Part shown: positions 49,500-60,100 of the stretch, in pieces
How positions within the stretch are numbered: position 1 is the first letter of the stretch
Layout: the number at the start of each line of letters is the position of its first letter
Source: Amoebophrya sp. A120
Lineage: Eukaryota; Protista; Dinoflagellata
Reading direction: 5' to 3'
Assembly: GCA_905178155.1 (NCBI GenBank)
Contig: CAJINV010000007.1
Location: forward strand, 2,213,151 to 2,277,150
Length of the DNA stretch: 64,000 nucleotides
Made by a program: the position numbers and the translations under genes
The notes under the pieces: generated by a model
The model's database searches: none
Told to the model about the DNA's origin: nothing
Seen by the model: the letters and a program-made list of their open reading frames with translations, nothing else

Positions 49500-52400
49500 T
49501 CACTTCGCCTGAATGTTGTTCTTTTTCGGGCCCTTCAGTTTGGTATAGTACGTGGTCATGGCCCCGTTGCAGAAGGGGCGCACGAGCAGGTGCGGGTGCA
49601 ACTTCGGATCCACTTCGCCGCCCATCAAGTACGCCGGGTAGGGGCGCTTTTTGTACTTCTTCCGCCGCCGCTGGCGGTCCGTGTCCTCGACCACCTGATA
49701 GGTAAATTTCTGCTGCGCGAAATCCCACATTAGCGCGTCCTCGCTGGCGGTGTGGTCCTGGCCAGTCGCTCGGGTCAAGTAGTGCAGCGGGTTCCGCTCG
49801 TCTCGCCGCGGCTCCGGACCTATCCAAAGAAAAAAACCCATCTTTCCCCATCCATTTTTTACATGACAAACGCAGGACTTCAAGCATGTTTTGCGTGACA
49901 AATTGGATAGAGATGGGTTTTTTTCTGTGGATAGGACCGCGACGCAGAATATACTGGCCGCTCCGGTAGCGGATCGCGGGGTGACTGTCCGTCTTGCGAA
50001 TGTAGTCGAGCATTTGGGTGCTCAGATACGGGGTGCTCTCTATGGTAGGGAAAATCTGGTGCTGCACCAACTACATCGCCCTCAAAAAGGAAAAATGTAA
50101 GAACGTCTCGTGGAACAGGTAAAATAATGCTCAAGGTCAACAAACGCAAACTCTAACTCATGCAAAAAAGGCATGACAACTTGAGGTGGATGTTAAGTGA
50201 TGCTCTCTGTCATTTCGGATACGCTCGCGGACGGCAGAGGTGAGGCGAAAGGGTGTAGTGGTGCGCAATGATCGCGTTGAGCCATTCTCCCGAGAGAGAT
50301 CATGAACTCCGTCAGGGTCGTTGTTGAGAAAAGCGCTCAGTTGTGCGTCGAGGTCGTCGAAATAAGAAGTCTGCTGGTCTTGTTCATCTTGTTCATCAAC
50401 TACATCTCCCTTACTGTCATAATAATCACCGGTCCGCCGGTAGCGGTTCTCGCCTGTCGTATGCAGATGCGATTTTTTCTCCTGTCGCTCTACTGCAACA
50501 TCCAGGTCCCTTTCTCGTCCTGCAACTCGGTCGCGGGTCTCCTGGGAAGTAGATGAAGAGGCCAACAAATCATCCAGCCGAAGTTCTTGCCTGGTCGGAA
50601 TTTCGTTCTGGTTCTTATGAGCAGCAGCGGGCGACGAGCCTGTGGCGGTTGTGGTTCTTGTGAGCGGAGTTACGACAGTGGCCGCTGCGCTATTCGACGC
50701 GGTCGATGCTGCTACACGGTCCAATAACTGCTCGAGGCTCTCGCTCTGGCTCATCCCTTGGTGAAGCAATGATCCGCCAGAAGATGGTGGGAACGTAGTA
50801 GAAGACTTCTTGTTCTCATCGCGATTTCCTTGCACAGCTGCCGCGTGTTGTTCCTCGTTAAGATCCCCATCTCTTGACAGTACTGGAATGGGATTCCCGT
50901 CATCGAATGACATATTACGAGAATTATCCCTGTTGGTTATCTTCATCTCGCAGGCATTCGTATTCTTTCCTGCAGCAACACTCGATAAAAGTTTCCTACT
51001 CGTGGACCACCTCTCCTGACGAAGATGGCGACGCCCGCACCCGGTCGTGTAGTTCTTTGAGTACTTCTCCTGATCGTTGCGCGCCAAGTGGTTCCAGTCA
51101 GAAGAGGCCACGAAGTGACTTAATTCAGGCCGACTCTGCCCATTGCGGTCAATGCTGCGGACGGATGAAGCTGCGAGGGTTTGTTCTGGCGAAGGAACTC
51201 GCGGCCCCCGTACTACTTCTACACCAGGATAAAGAGCGCCGCCAGCAGGATCTAGTTGTACTTTGGCAGGAGCTGCTTCTACTAGTTTTTTCAATTTCTT
51301 CACCCTCTCACCCGTCGCCGAATCCACCAGCGGGTCGTCCTGTTTCCAGTAGTTCCGCCCCTTTCTGTAGTCAATAGGCCGCTTCTTCAGGTGCGTCTGC
51401 TGTCTGCCGCCCTTGCTCGCCAAAAAGTTTCGGATCGCCAGCGCGCACAGCTGGGTGGCGGAACGAGTACTGTGGTTGCTGGTGGTCCTAATAGTACTAG
51501 CAGGAGTTGGTGTATTCCTTGTCAAACCTCCACCAGCAAGACCGAGATTGGCCGCGGCAGAAGAAAACGAAGCACGGATGGTGTCTGTTAACCTTTCGCC
51601 AACATCATTTGACACTTGCTGTGGGTCATCAGGTTCTTGTGCAACAACTGTTGAACAATTGTGCCAAACAAAACTTTTACACTTGTTCACGAATTTCTTT
51701 GCGGGGTTCGGGGTTCTGCCCATGGTCTGCATTGGTTTCGCCGTCAGCGGGTCCGGTGTGGACTGCTGTGTTGAATTTATTTTCATTTGCTCCGCAGCCT
51801 GAGGTGTACGTGTAGGTGTACCCACTTGATGCCGCGCCTGCTGATGATCATGATCTTCTTCAGCATGAAGATGCAGAGACACACATGTCGTTCGCGCCGT
51901 CACGACAAGCTGTGCCTCGGCTTCCTGCGCGATCCTTTGCAAAAAAATAAGATCCCGACTGGTTGGTCGTCTGTTTTTGTTTGACAAGGTGTCCTATCAA
52001 ATGTAAAAATGTCTGGGTCTGGAAGAGTCATGCTGTTTCTGCATGACACAGAAGGTCTTGCATGGAAGCTCTAGCATCACAGGTTTCGAGAAGCTTTCGA
52101 AATACCGAATCCGCATGACAAGTCCCCCATTTTGGGGACAGAAAGCGAGCAGCTTTTGCTGCCTATGCATCAGAGATTTTTGTGTGTTCTGAAATGCGCA
52201 TCACAAGTTACATCCTTCCAGACCCAGACATTTTTGCACTTGATATGTCCGGCCGGTACGAGGCGTCGTGTGCCCACTGGCTGAATATCCCACAGAAAAA
52301 AGCTGGCAGGGCATGTTTGTAATGCAGAAATAAATAGACAATAGACACCCAAAATAGCTCGTAGAACCCTGTCAACTTCCACCAAGTGAAACATCACTGG

Positions 52401-54463
52401 TGAGGTGAGCCCAGGGCCCCTGGAGGTGAGAAACGAGGGTGGCACCTATAGTCGACCATACCAACTGGTCAACCAGGAAATGAGGAAGTGGGTAAGGAGC
52501 ACAAATGTCCCGGGATAACAAAAACTGAATATCCCGCACAACCTCTGCCAACCACTGCCCTCGAATTCACAAATGAAAAGGCAATGAGCCAATTCAACTC
52601 CGGCTACTCATCCCGAAGCAAGCTCAACCACCTCCCACCAAGAGCGAGCAACGGGGCAAATACACAGAGCAACGGGGCAATGCAGAAATAAATACACAGA
52701 AAAATCTGTCACGGGCGGCCTCATAGCATGCTGTTTAGGATACGCAATGCAGATTTTGATTTTTTTGTGTATTTATTTTTGCATTACAAATGTGATCTGC
52801 CAGCTTTTTTCTGTGGGATACTGAAGGCTCTGAGAACGTGACTACAGGTCGTGGTTTTCTCATCGTTTTTGTCGTTTGGGTTCATCGTGTAAGAACTCGT
52901 CCTGTCAGCTGCCGTATAAAGTAGCCCTCCTCTGCCTTGTGCATACAACATACGCAGCACCGCCATGGGGTGGGCGAAACAGTCCACGTCCTCCGTATCG
53001 CGGACTTCGGTGCCTAAACGGGCTTCGAATTCCGTCCAGAGTAACTCTTCAAACTTCTTCGAGCTGAACGCCATCTCCGGAAACTTACAGAGACACTCGT
53101 AGATCTCTTCCAAAGTGAGACAGGAAGCCTCGTAGAGAGCCCGTTTTTCCAAAATTTCCGGAACTTTGGAAGATTGTAGGAACATCTTTTCGGCTCCTGC
53201 TCTAGAACTCGAAGTACCACTTCTGGCCGGCTGTGCTGAACGGTCGTCTTCCGATTGTTGCGTCGACGCCGGAGGTGTGGAAGTTCTTGCAACGTTTTGT
53301 CCCCAACTCATCCGCGACGCACTGGTGGTAGTTGTGCGATTCAAAATCGTCAAGCAGCATTGCAAACTGCAGAGGTGCAAAAACCGAAACTCCCGCTCGT
53401 GGTGAAGTACGTACGTCATGATTTCCGACTGGAGCTGATCGTTCTGGAGATTCAGCCTCGCCAACACCTGCACCGCTTGCACCAGCTCCTCCGCATACAT
53501 GGCCGGCATCAGGCGAATCAAGTGGTGAAACAGTTCCACGTACAAAACCCGCGGCCGCAGCTCGAGCCGCTCGCAGACTTCCAACGTCTGCAAGATGTGC
53601 GGGACGGCCAACCGGCTCGCTTGGGAGCAAATGTCGTCGAAAAGCTTCTGAAACAGATCGTGCTCCGCTGGTTGGATTTTTGGAAGACACTGAAGATCTT
53701 GTTGGTGATCATCTGCTGCTGTATCAAGAAAATCTCGTCCCGAAGTTGTTGTTGACGATGATGCTCCTACTGCTCCTGCTGCTGAGGTGCAGCTCCTCGT
53801 CGTTGACGACACAGCGCCAGAACTACCCTCCCGCGCTTGATCATGCTCCTGCAGCAGCTGCAAGAAAACCGTGTAGGCCTTGAGAATTCCGATTGCGTCA
53901 AAGTACAAAATGTTATCCATGGAGGAGAGCCTGCTCAGAGCGGCATTCCACAGTCGGGCGTCCACACATTCGTTCGACGCGGCAGCCAGTAACACATTCC
54001 TCACCTGGGTCGGCGACATGCGGGAAACTTCCCGGATCTGAGCGTTTGAGGCCGCGGAGGTGGGAGGTCGTTTTGCTGTAGGTTTGATTATTTTCATCAT
54101 TCCAGGAGCCGCCTCTGTGATAGTGATGTCCCCAGTCCTAGCACCGATTTTACAACTTGCCCTGCGCCCATCCTGCTGCGTCGGCGCCAGGCTGGTCGCG
54201 TCTTCATCTCCAGTTGCAGTTGTGCTCGGGAGAGCCACATCGTGTGCCGTACCTTCTACAAGCTTTTTTGTATCTTTGCTAGTGCCCGACCTTTTACCAG
54301 TGGACGTCGACGGGGCGATTGCGAAGGGCGCAACTCCACCTTCTGCATGGGGTATCGGATGATCCGAGGTAGAGGCCTTGAAAATGCGCACGCCTTTGGT
54401 TTTAACTTTCCGACCCCAGGAGAATGGCCGCTGGGCAAGACGGACGGAAAGCAATTGCCGCAT
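49500..54463 (-). CDS. Helical-repeat (HPR/OPR/FASTK-like) putative organellar RNA-binding protein (~1287 aa, 5 exons)
   Basis: Basic N-terminus MRQLLSVRLAQRPFSWGRK, resembling a mitochondrial presequence; Leu-rich ~37-aa helical repeats (LAVPHILQTLEVCERLELRPRVLYVELF..MYAEELVQAVQVLARLNLQNDQL). Four introner removals give a continuous frame. Family assignment is by eye. Confidence 0.65.
49821..49933. mobile_element. Minimal introner, 113 bp
   Basis: TIR 22/23 (TATCCAAAGAAAAAAACCCATCT); TSD GGACC at 49816-49820 and 49934-49938; joins ..LRRGP|EPRRDE.. Confidence 0.92.
50041..50221. mobile_element. Decayed introner, 181 bp
   Basis: TAT-N7-AAAA left end, ATA right end, TSD 4/5 (CTCTC/CGCTC), GCATGACAA ~40-50 nt from the right end; TIR pairing lost; removal joins ..SAVRER|TPYLSTQM.. 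Confidence 0.6.
51995..52245. mobile_element. Introner, family A, 251 bp
   Basis: TIR 29/31; TSD TGTCC at 51990-51994 and 52246-52250; joins ..YRPD|TLSNKNRR.. Confidence 0.93.
52286..52820. mobile_element. Introner, 535 bp, with internal cargo
   Basis: 24-bp perfect TIR TATCCCACAGAAAAAAGCTGGCAG, extending imperfectly to ~55 bp; TSD CTGAA at 52281-52285 and 52821-52825; joins ..LRAFS|QWAHDA.. Confidence 0.93.
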
Positions 54464-55575
54464 CTTGGACTCCTGGTGAGAACGACCTTGTGGGCAGAAA
54501 TGCTGTAACAAACAACTTTGGGAAGATGAGTTTTCTCTTTGTACAAGGAATCCGTATAAACTTTGTTCCAAGGGTGTTTCTTTTGGTTCACCCTAAAATA
54601 AAACATCACGACCGCGAATCAAAAAAGCCATGGGAACAAAGATGTTTGAGTTTATAATTGCATGCACAGACACTACAAAAGTACAACCGAACAAGTAGAG
54701 GGGCAACACAGACAGACAAGCACAATTCGTCTTTTTTCCTCCGACTTCCTAAGCGGGCTATTACAACCGAAATTCGCATTCCTTTTCCTTTCTGCAAAGA
54801 AATGCACTTGCAAGCAACATCAGGCATCAAGCGGAAGAGGTGAAACCTGAATGCCTGGCCACGACGAGAACAAAGATTCCTCTCCAAGCGCAACATGAGT
54901 GCGATCTGCAGGAGGCGCTGGCTCCTCGCCGCTAAGCAGCAGCCGGCTGTCAAAGTGGTCTATCTAAACAACTGATCACTCACAACATGTGCTTAGATGT
55001 ACCGTCCAAGAGTTGTTAATCATGACTCTTCAAACTAGGATACACTTGTTTCGGGAATACTTTCGTGCCTGTCTCCATGATTCAAGTTCAACATTGTACA
55101 AGGGGCTATTAAAGAACTTCTACAACCGATCATATCGATTACAACACCCACAGCGGAAGCTGAATTTTTCCAAAATTTTTTGCACTTTGCTTTTGCATTT
55201 GCGCTCAGCTCTGGTAAGTGCGTTAATCATGCTTTTGCAGCGAAGAAGGCTCGCTTCATACTAGATGAAAGTGGCCGTATGTATACAAGTTCTTTTTCCA
55301 TATGATTTTTCTACCATCATGAAGGTAGTACTTACAACTACTTACTCCGAATCCGATCCGAAACCCGAGGACTCCTTTTCCGTCGTTTCCAATCCATACT
55401 TGAGCCAGGCTGGCACTTCTAGCCCCGGGTTCTGCGAGTTCCACTCATCCGACAGTTTGCAACTGGCTGCAATGTTCACTGCAGGAAAGTTTTCAAAAAG
55501 AGCAATGAAATTTGTAGTGCTGCTGACGCAAGAAGTTTGAGTAAAAGTAATGGCATTGGTGTCATGCACATGTTG

Positions 55576-56561
55576 CTATAAATATTCAACCAATTCATTA
55601 ATACGAGAATCTATGTATACTTCTGGATTGCATATTAAAGCACTAGTACCAGACGCGGTGACCACGACCTCGTCTTCGCTGAAAGACACTTGCTTCTGCG
55701 TGTTTTTTATCAAATGCTAAAATGTCTGGGTCTGGAAGAATGAATGTTTGTCATGCTTGTCTGGCATGACCCTTAATTTTGTCATGCACGTCACCCAAGA
55801 GCCCCATTTTTCTGTCATGCAGAAAAGCAGTTTGTCACGCAGAATAGGCAACACCTAGAAGCTCAGAAACTTGTCATGCTGATCCAGCACTTGTGGCCTC
55901 CTCACGATACGCCACCAAGCATCACAAGTTTCCAGACCCAGACATATTTGCATTTGATATTTTTCTTCTTCTCCGAGGCCTTCTCGCTCGTTGTCACCTC
56001 GTCGGCTTGTTGTTCTCTTGCTGAAGTGCCCTCGGTTTTATTTTTCGTGGCATCTTCTATTTCTGTTGATGCTCCACCATCACCGGCTAGAAGTGCGGTT
56101 GGCAGCTCCTCGTCTCTATCTGGTTGCCCGCTAGTTTTCTGCTGGTTATTTCTTCTCGACGTTGTCTGCGCTCCGGAGTTCTTGCAGCCTGGATTATTTA
56201 TACATGAAGATGTGATTTCGATTTTTTTCATTCGATTCTCCTTTCAGGTGCCGATAGCAGCGCTATGCTCCTGCTTCGTATAAATATAGAATCTCACCAC
56301 GTCGTGGAAGAAAACAAGAATAGTACGCGCGGCGCGGCACCCAAGTTGTGCAAGAAATGAAAACTAGACATAACTACCTTCTTTTGCTGACGTAGCAGCT
56401 CCGGCCTTGTTCAGTGCCACCGGGGTGACCACGTTCTGGGTCACAGAGGGACGGCAACAACGAAACATTTTGTAGGCTCTGAGGAGATTGGTGCGGCGCG
56501 GTTCTGTATACGCAGTGGAGAAATAATCGTGAAACGGGTTTGTTAATCGAGCTAAGTACAC
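55576..56561 (-). CDS. Fragmentary multi-exon hypothetical gene (ends uncertain)
   Basis: Exon 55960-~56250 continues across the introner as ..EKKK|NTQKQVSFSEDEVVV..; an upstream exon candidate lies at 56380-56560. It may belong to a larger neighbouring gene. Confidence 0.35.
55708..55959. mobile_element. Introner, family A, 252 bp
   Basis: TIR 28/30; TSD TTTTT at 55703-55707 and 55960-55964; about seven internal TGTCA(T/C)GC-type motifs. Confidence 0.9.
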
Positions 56562-57118
56562 GACTCACAGGATAATTGTGAAGGCCCAAGAAAAAGCATA
56601 TTTGTGAAATCCGATGCGGCCACAGGCACAGCGCAGGAACAAAACAACTACTAGCGCACAAGAAGACAAAGAACGACATCTCTCAGTATCTGTGTCGCAC
56701 GCAGAACTGCACCAGGCGCACTTGGTCTTTCGTCTAGAGTAAGGAAAGGGTGTCGCCAGTCCAACTCTGTCAGTACCCAATATCACTCGAAAAACCATAG
56801 AAAAACTCTGCCTCGTGTACTTCAGTGAACACTCTTTCAAGTTGAGCAGCAGCTAAAAACTACAGCAACGAACTGCGACTGCGGACTACTTGCAGCGCTG
56901 TGTGTGGTTCAACACACATTTTTGTCTCTTCGTAGTTGGAGCTTCTTGATGTCCCGATATGAATCAAAGACGGTGTTCAACATCGCGACGAGGATGAAGA
57001 GCGTAAGGCTACTACGCGCCGCACGCTTGAGCGGAAGAAAAAGGAAAAGCAAGCGGAGGCGGACCGTTGTTATAAACGAAATTCTCCTGGCAAACGAGGA
57101 AGATCAGACGAAGTTTCA

Positions 57119-60100
57119 TCACTGCACCTTGCAGTCTTTGTCTTGCTGCTCACCATGTGTCTTTAAGGGGCTCGTCGAGGATGTCGTCGCCACGGGGTTT
57201 TTGTTTTTTGGCTTCATGATTATGAATGTTTTGTCACTGAGATCCCTTACCGGCCGCGGGGATGAAGTTTGTTCATCTATTCCCTGTACAACCTCTTCTC
57301 CCAGCGCCGAATTCGGAACCGTTGCCCCAACACCGGATTTCACCCTTCGAAACGCGTCGGGATCGTTCTTCTTCAGATTTTCTCTCTCCTGTTCCGTACA
57401 CTCCGCGTACACAACCTTCTTCACAGGTCGCATGTTTCTCCTTCTCGTCCGCTTGTTGTCTTTATCCAGGTTGTAGTTCCGGTGTGACGTCACCACCTTT
57501 GGGAAGCACCAAACCGAGCCCTGGATAATCACTTGCTCGGATTGTTCCTCCAGGCCTTGCTTCGATTTCTCCTCCTGGGAAGCGCTGCGGTTCTGCTTCT
57601 GCTTCTTGACATTGCTGGCATTTATTTGTACATCAATCTCTTGCGCACCGTCGTCAACATAATTGCCCCGACTTCTGGCAGTGATGCTGCGTTTATTCTT
57701 CTTAGTAGAGCTTCTGGCTTTATCCTCGGCAGAAATTCTGTTTTTCGAGGCCCATTTGGACTTCTTCGCCCGTTTCGCTTCTTTCGCTACCGCAGCGTCC
57801 TTTTTGTGCTGCTCGTTTTCGACTGTGACGCTTGTGAAGCCCCCAAGGAGATTGATAGTCTTCTTCGAAGAGGTGGTGGAGTCATTCTCATTGTGCGGAC
57901 CATCAAGCTGCTGATGTTCTTGAGAACCATTGTCCTTTCCCTCCTCCCCCGTGGCTGCTGGTCGTTTTTTCGATTTGAAGCGGATCTTCTCGAACTCCTC
58001 TTTCCTTCTTTTCCTCCTTTCCCGGCGTTTCCTCGCGATTGCCTCTTGTTCCTCTTGGTACGTCGGCGGCCGCCGGAATTTGTCTTGCAGTTTGTGCCAC
58101 ACTGCCGCGCGCTTCAGCAGCGCCTCCTCGCGTCTTTGTTGCAGCCGCTCAATCATTTGCTCCGCGATCTCGTGGTCGTCGGTATTGTCCAGAAAGTTCT
58201 TGACCAATTTTGCTCGTTGCTCTTTCGTCAATCTTGGAGGGGAGCAACGGTGCGGTTTCATGTTGTCGGAATAAGCCGCATTCGCATCGCCGGGCTCTTG
58301 CTGTGCTTCTGCAGCTTGCTGTGGTGCCACTGAGAGATTATTTGATTGACCCGCTATCTCATCTACTTCCATAGCGTGAATAGAACTTCTGCCAGCTTCT
58401 GGTTTCGTATTCGCGACTGCAGCATCTCCTGCAGCGGCCTGAGCAATTGTGCCCGTCTTGTCAGCAGCAGGAGCTGGGGCCGCTCCAGAAGAAGCACTTG
58501 CACTGGAGGTCGCACGACCACCAGCTGAGCTCGAAGGCGCTACGGCACCTCCTCCAGACCCGCTCGAAGACGATTTCGGGTCGCTCCCGCCCCGCAAAAT
58601 CTCGTTGAAATTCGGCTTTACGTTCTCAAACAAACCCTTGGCACCGAAAAGGAAGTCTTCCAGGTTGTTAATGTTTCCAGGGTTGATGTTCTCATCGCCT
58701 GTTGCTCCACCGGCCGTCGCGGCTTGCATCTCAGCAAGAAGTTTTTTCTCCGCTTCCGCAGCGGATATCCCCGCACCTCCGCTGGATAAGCTATCACTCT
58801 TGCCGTACTCTTCTTCAAAGCGCTTGAAGATCGCCCCGAGCCCCTTTTCCGCCATTTCTTTCTCCTTATTTTCAGACGGATTTGTTTCGGCAGGCGCGGG
58901 ATCTGATGGCTCGATTTTATCTTGATTTTTAGCGCTGTCAGGTGCTTTACTATTCAGCCCTACAACTTCCGGGTGCAGTTGCTTGTCCAAATCTTTGCTC
59001 AAGAAATCAAACCACTGCCCAAGCTGCTTGCCGAAGCTGTCTTCTTGGTCGTCATTCTTTCCGCTTGTGTTCGTGTTAGTTCCGTCTTTATCCTTCTCAT
59101 TTAAGTCTTCTCCAAATAACCCGCCAGAAAAGATCTGCTGAAATTGCTCCCGATCTTCCTTGGTCAGAAACTGCTGCCCCAAATCGCCGCACGACTGCTT
59201 GTACATTCTTAGAAAGTGGTCGAATTCACTGTTCCCCGGTTTCGGCAGCAGGTCCTCAAAACTGATGTTCGGCTTCGTTGTTGTACTGTCGCAGCTGCGA
59301 TTAATCGTCGTTTTGTTGAACCCGATTTTCGTGCCGTCTGCTTCGTCCTCTTCTTCGATGTCTTCCTCGTCCACCATCACTATGTCGCCGTCCTTATCTC
59401 GTCCTTTCATCGTCCCTGTTGTAGTAGTACTCATCGTCTTTTCAAACTCTACTTGTTCCCTTCTTTCCCTTTTCTGTTCCAAATCCGCCAGAACGTTGTT
59501 TTTGTGCTGCAAAACCGGGTTATTCTGGATGCGCTTCTCCGTGTACTTATCTAACAACTCCTCCGCTAGTAGCTTGTCCCTCTCTGCTTCCGTCTTTTTC
59601 CCTTCCTCCGATTGATGTCTTTTCACATCTACGAACTCGCTCTTCTCGTTCGCCACAAATGCCCGCTGCGCTGCGAACCCTCTTTCGTGTATCATGTTCA
59701 TCACTTCGCTCGGTAGTTGCCCCAGTTGCTCCAGCTTCGCCATCAGCAGGTCGACCCTTTTCTGCTCCTCCTGCTTCAGCGGGTGCTTCTTCTCTTTCTG
59801 CAGCTGCTCCCGGTAGTCCAGCAATTCGTCGACCGGCAGCTCACTTTGCCACCACTCCCGCCACCACATGTCGTGTTTCGGGACTTTGGGGTTCTTCTTC
59901 TGCTGCTTGATTTTCTCTTTTTTCTGCAAATAGTCCTCCACCTCCACCCACTTCACGATTTTCACGTTTTTCTCCTCGCGAATTTTTTTGAAGTCCGCCC
60001 TCTGCCGCAGGTCCCTTAATCTCATCGCGCGCTTGAACTTGTTGCGGTACCAGTTGCTCGTGTGGATATTCGGGTAGTTTTCGTCGTCGGGGTCGGATTC

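Noticed and set aside
56910-57020. Ion-channel S6-like peptide LFILVAMLNTVFDSY on the minus strand
   Set aside because: Single short segment with no other channel helices; exon structure unresolved.
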